This document shows, one piece after another, positions 31,696 to 32,000 of a stretch of DNA of 32,000 bases (position 1 is the first letter of the stretch; the number at the start of each line of letters is the position of its first letter). The notes under the pieces were generated by a model, which saw nothing but the letters and a program-made list of their open reading frames with translations, searched no databases and was not told where the DNA came from. Source of the DNA: Blochmannia endosymbiont of Camponotus nipponensis. Its GTDB lineage: Bacteria; Pseudomonadota; Gammaproteobacteria; Enterobacterales; Enterobacteriaceae. Location: contig NZ_CP046534.1 of the NCBI RefSeq assembly GCF_009827135.1, forward strand, positions 300,001 through 332,000, given 5' to 3'. A program made the translations under genes and the position numbers.

Positions 31696-32000
31696 TTAAT
31701 TTTTATGTTTCATAACATTAATAATATTACTGCTAGAATAACCAGTTTCAAAATTTAAAACATGCACTGTTCCTCCACTATTTAATACTTCTCGACTACC
31801 TTCAATATCACAAATATGATAATCACCACCTTTCACTAAGAAATCTGGGGACAAATTTGCAATTAATCTTGCAGGTGTATCCTCATTAAAAGGTACAACC
31901 CAATCTACTACTGTTAAAGCAGCTAATATAAGCATGCGCTTTTCTAGAGTGTTTATGGGTCTTGTTTTACCTTTTAAACGCCTCGTTGAATCATCACTAT
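31696..32000 (-). CDS. hldE: Bifunctional heptose 7-phosphate kinase / heptose 1-phosphate adenylyltransferase HldE (RfaE). C-terminal about 100 codons only; the 5' end lies beyond the window end.
   Basis: The frame stays open upstream of the ORF-track Met through position 32000: ..[60 protein letters not shown]......GS.EV...GG.V.VLNFE.G.S..NII. This matches the E. coli HldE C-terminus ([61 protein letters not shown]). Confidence 0.9.
   Translation of the reverse strand, partial: SDDSTRRLKGKTRPINTLEKRMLILAALTVVDWVVPFNEDTPARLIANLSPDFLVKGGDYHICDIEGSREVLNSGGTVHVLNFETGYSSSNIINVMKHKN

Overview
This window is strongly AT-rich, gene-dense and almost entirely housekeeping. It looks like the reduced genome of an Enterobacterales-derived insect endosymbiont. 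Gene content and order are most reminiscent of Candidatus Blochmannia, but that is an inference. No search was run, and all homology calls are by-eye comparisons with remembered E. coli K-12 proteins.

I can support 24 intact protein genes, 2 disrupted genes and 2 tRNAs. The order is: tamB(partial) <- tamA(frameshifted) <- cysQ <- rplI <- rpsR <- rpsF <- rlmB <- purA <- hflC <- hflK <- hflX <- hfq(relic) <- miaA <- amiB <- tsaE <- tRNA-Gly(GCC) <- orn | psd -> mscM -> | efp <- groEL <- groES | cutA -> tRNA-Phe(GAA) -> [1.3 kb empty] metC -> | plsC <- ribB <- hldE(partial).

Positions 1-26343 are collinear (inverted) with the E. coli segment pheU/cutA-groESL-efp-mscM/psd-orn-tsaE/amiB-miaA-hflXKC-purA-rlmB-rpsF operon-cysQ-tamAB. 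Many genes are cleanly missing from it: dsbD, epmB, epmA, rsgA, queG, nnr, mutL, yjeT, nsrR, rnr, priB and others. Positions 27672-32000 are collinear with the E. coli metC-plsC-ribB-hldE segment, again with deletions.

I found no rRNA, CRISPR array, IS/transposase, integrase, phage, toxin or defence-like genes, and no cluster of genes of unknown function. I therefore do not see a novel multi-gene system here.

The observations most worth a second look:
1. An unannotated, heavily lesioned hfq relic between miaA and hflX.
2. tamA split by a one-base deficit in an A10 tract while both halves and tamB stay open, which makes it a candidate for transcriptional-slippage rescue.
3. A perfect 20-bp inverted repeat with alternative pairings between groEL and efp.
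4. A conserved GC-rich sigma-32 promoter island upstream of groES.
5. Several long ORF-free spacers at positions where E. coli carries genes.
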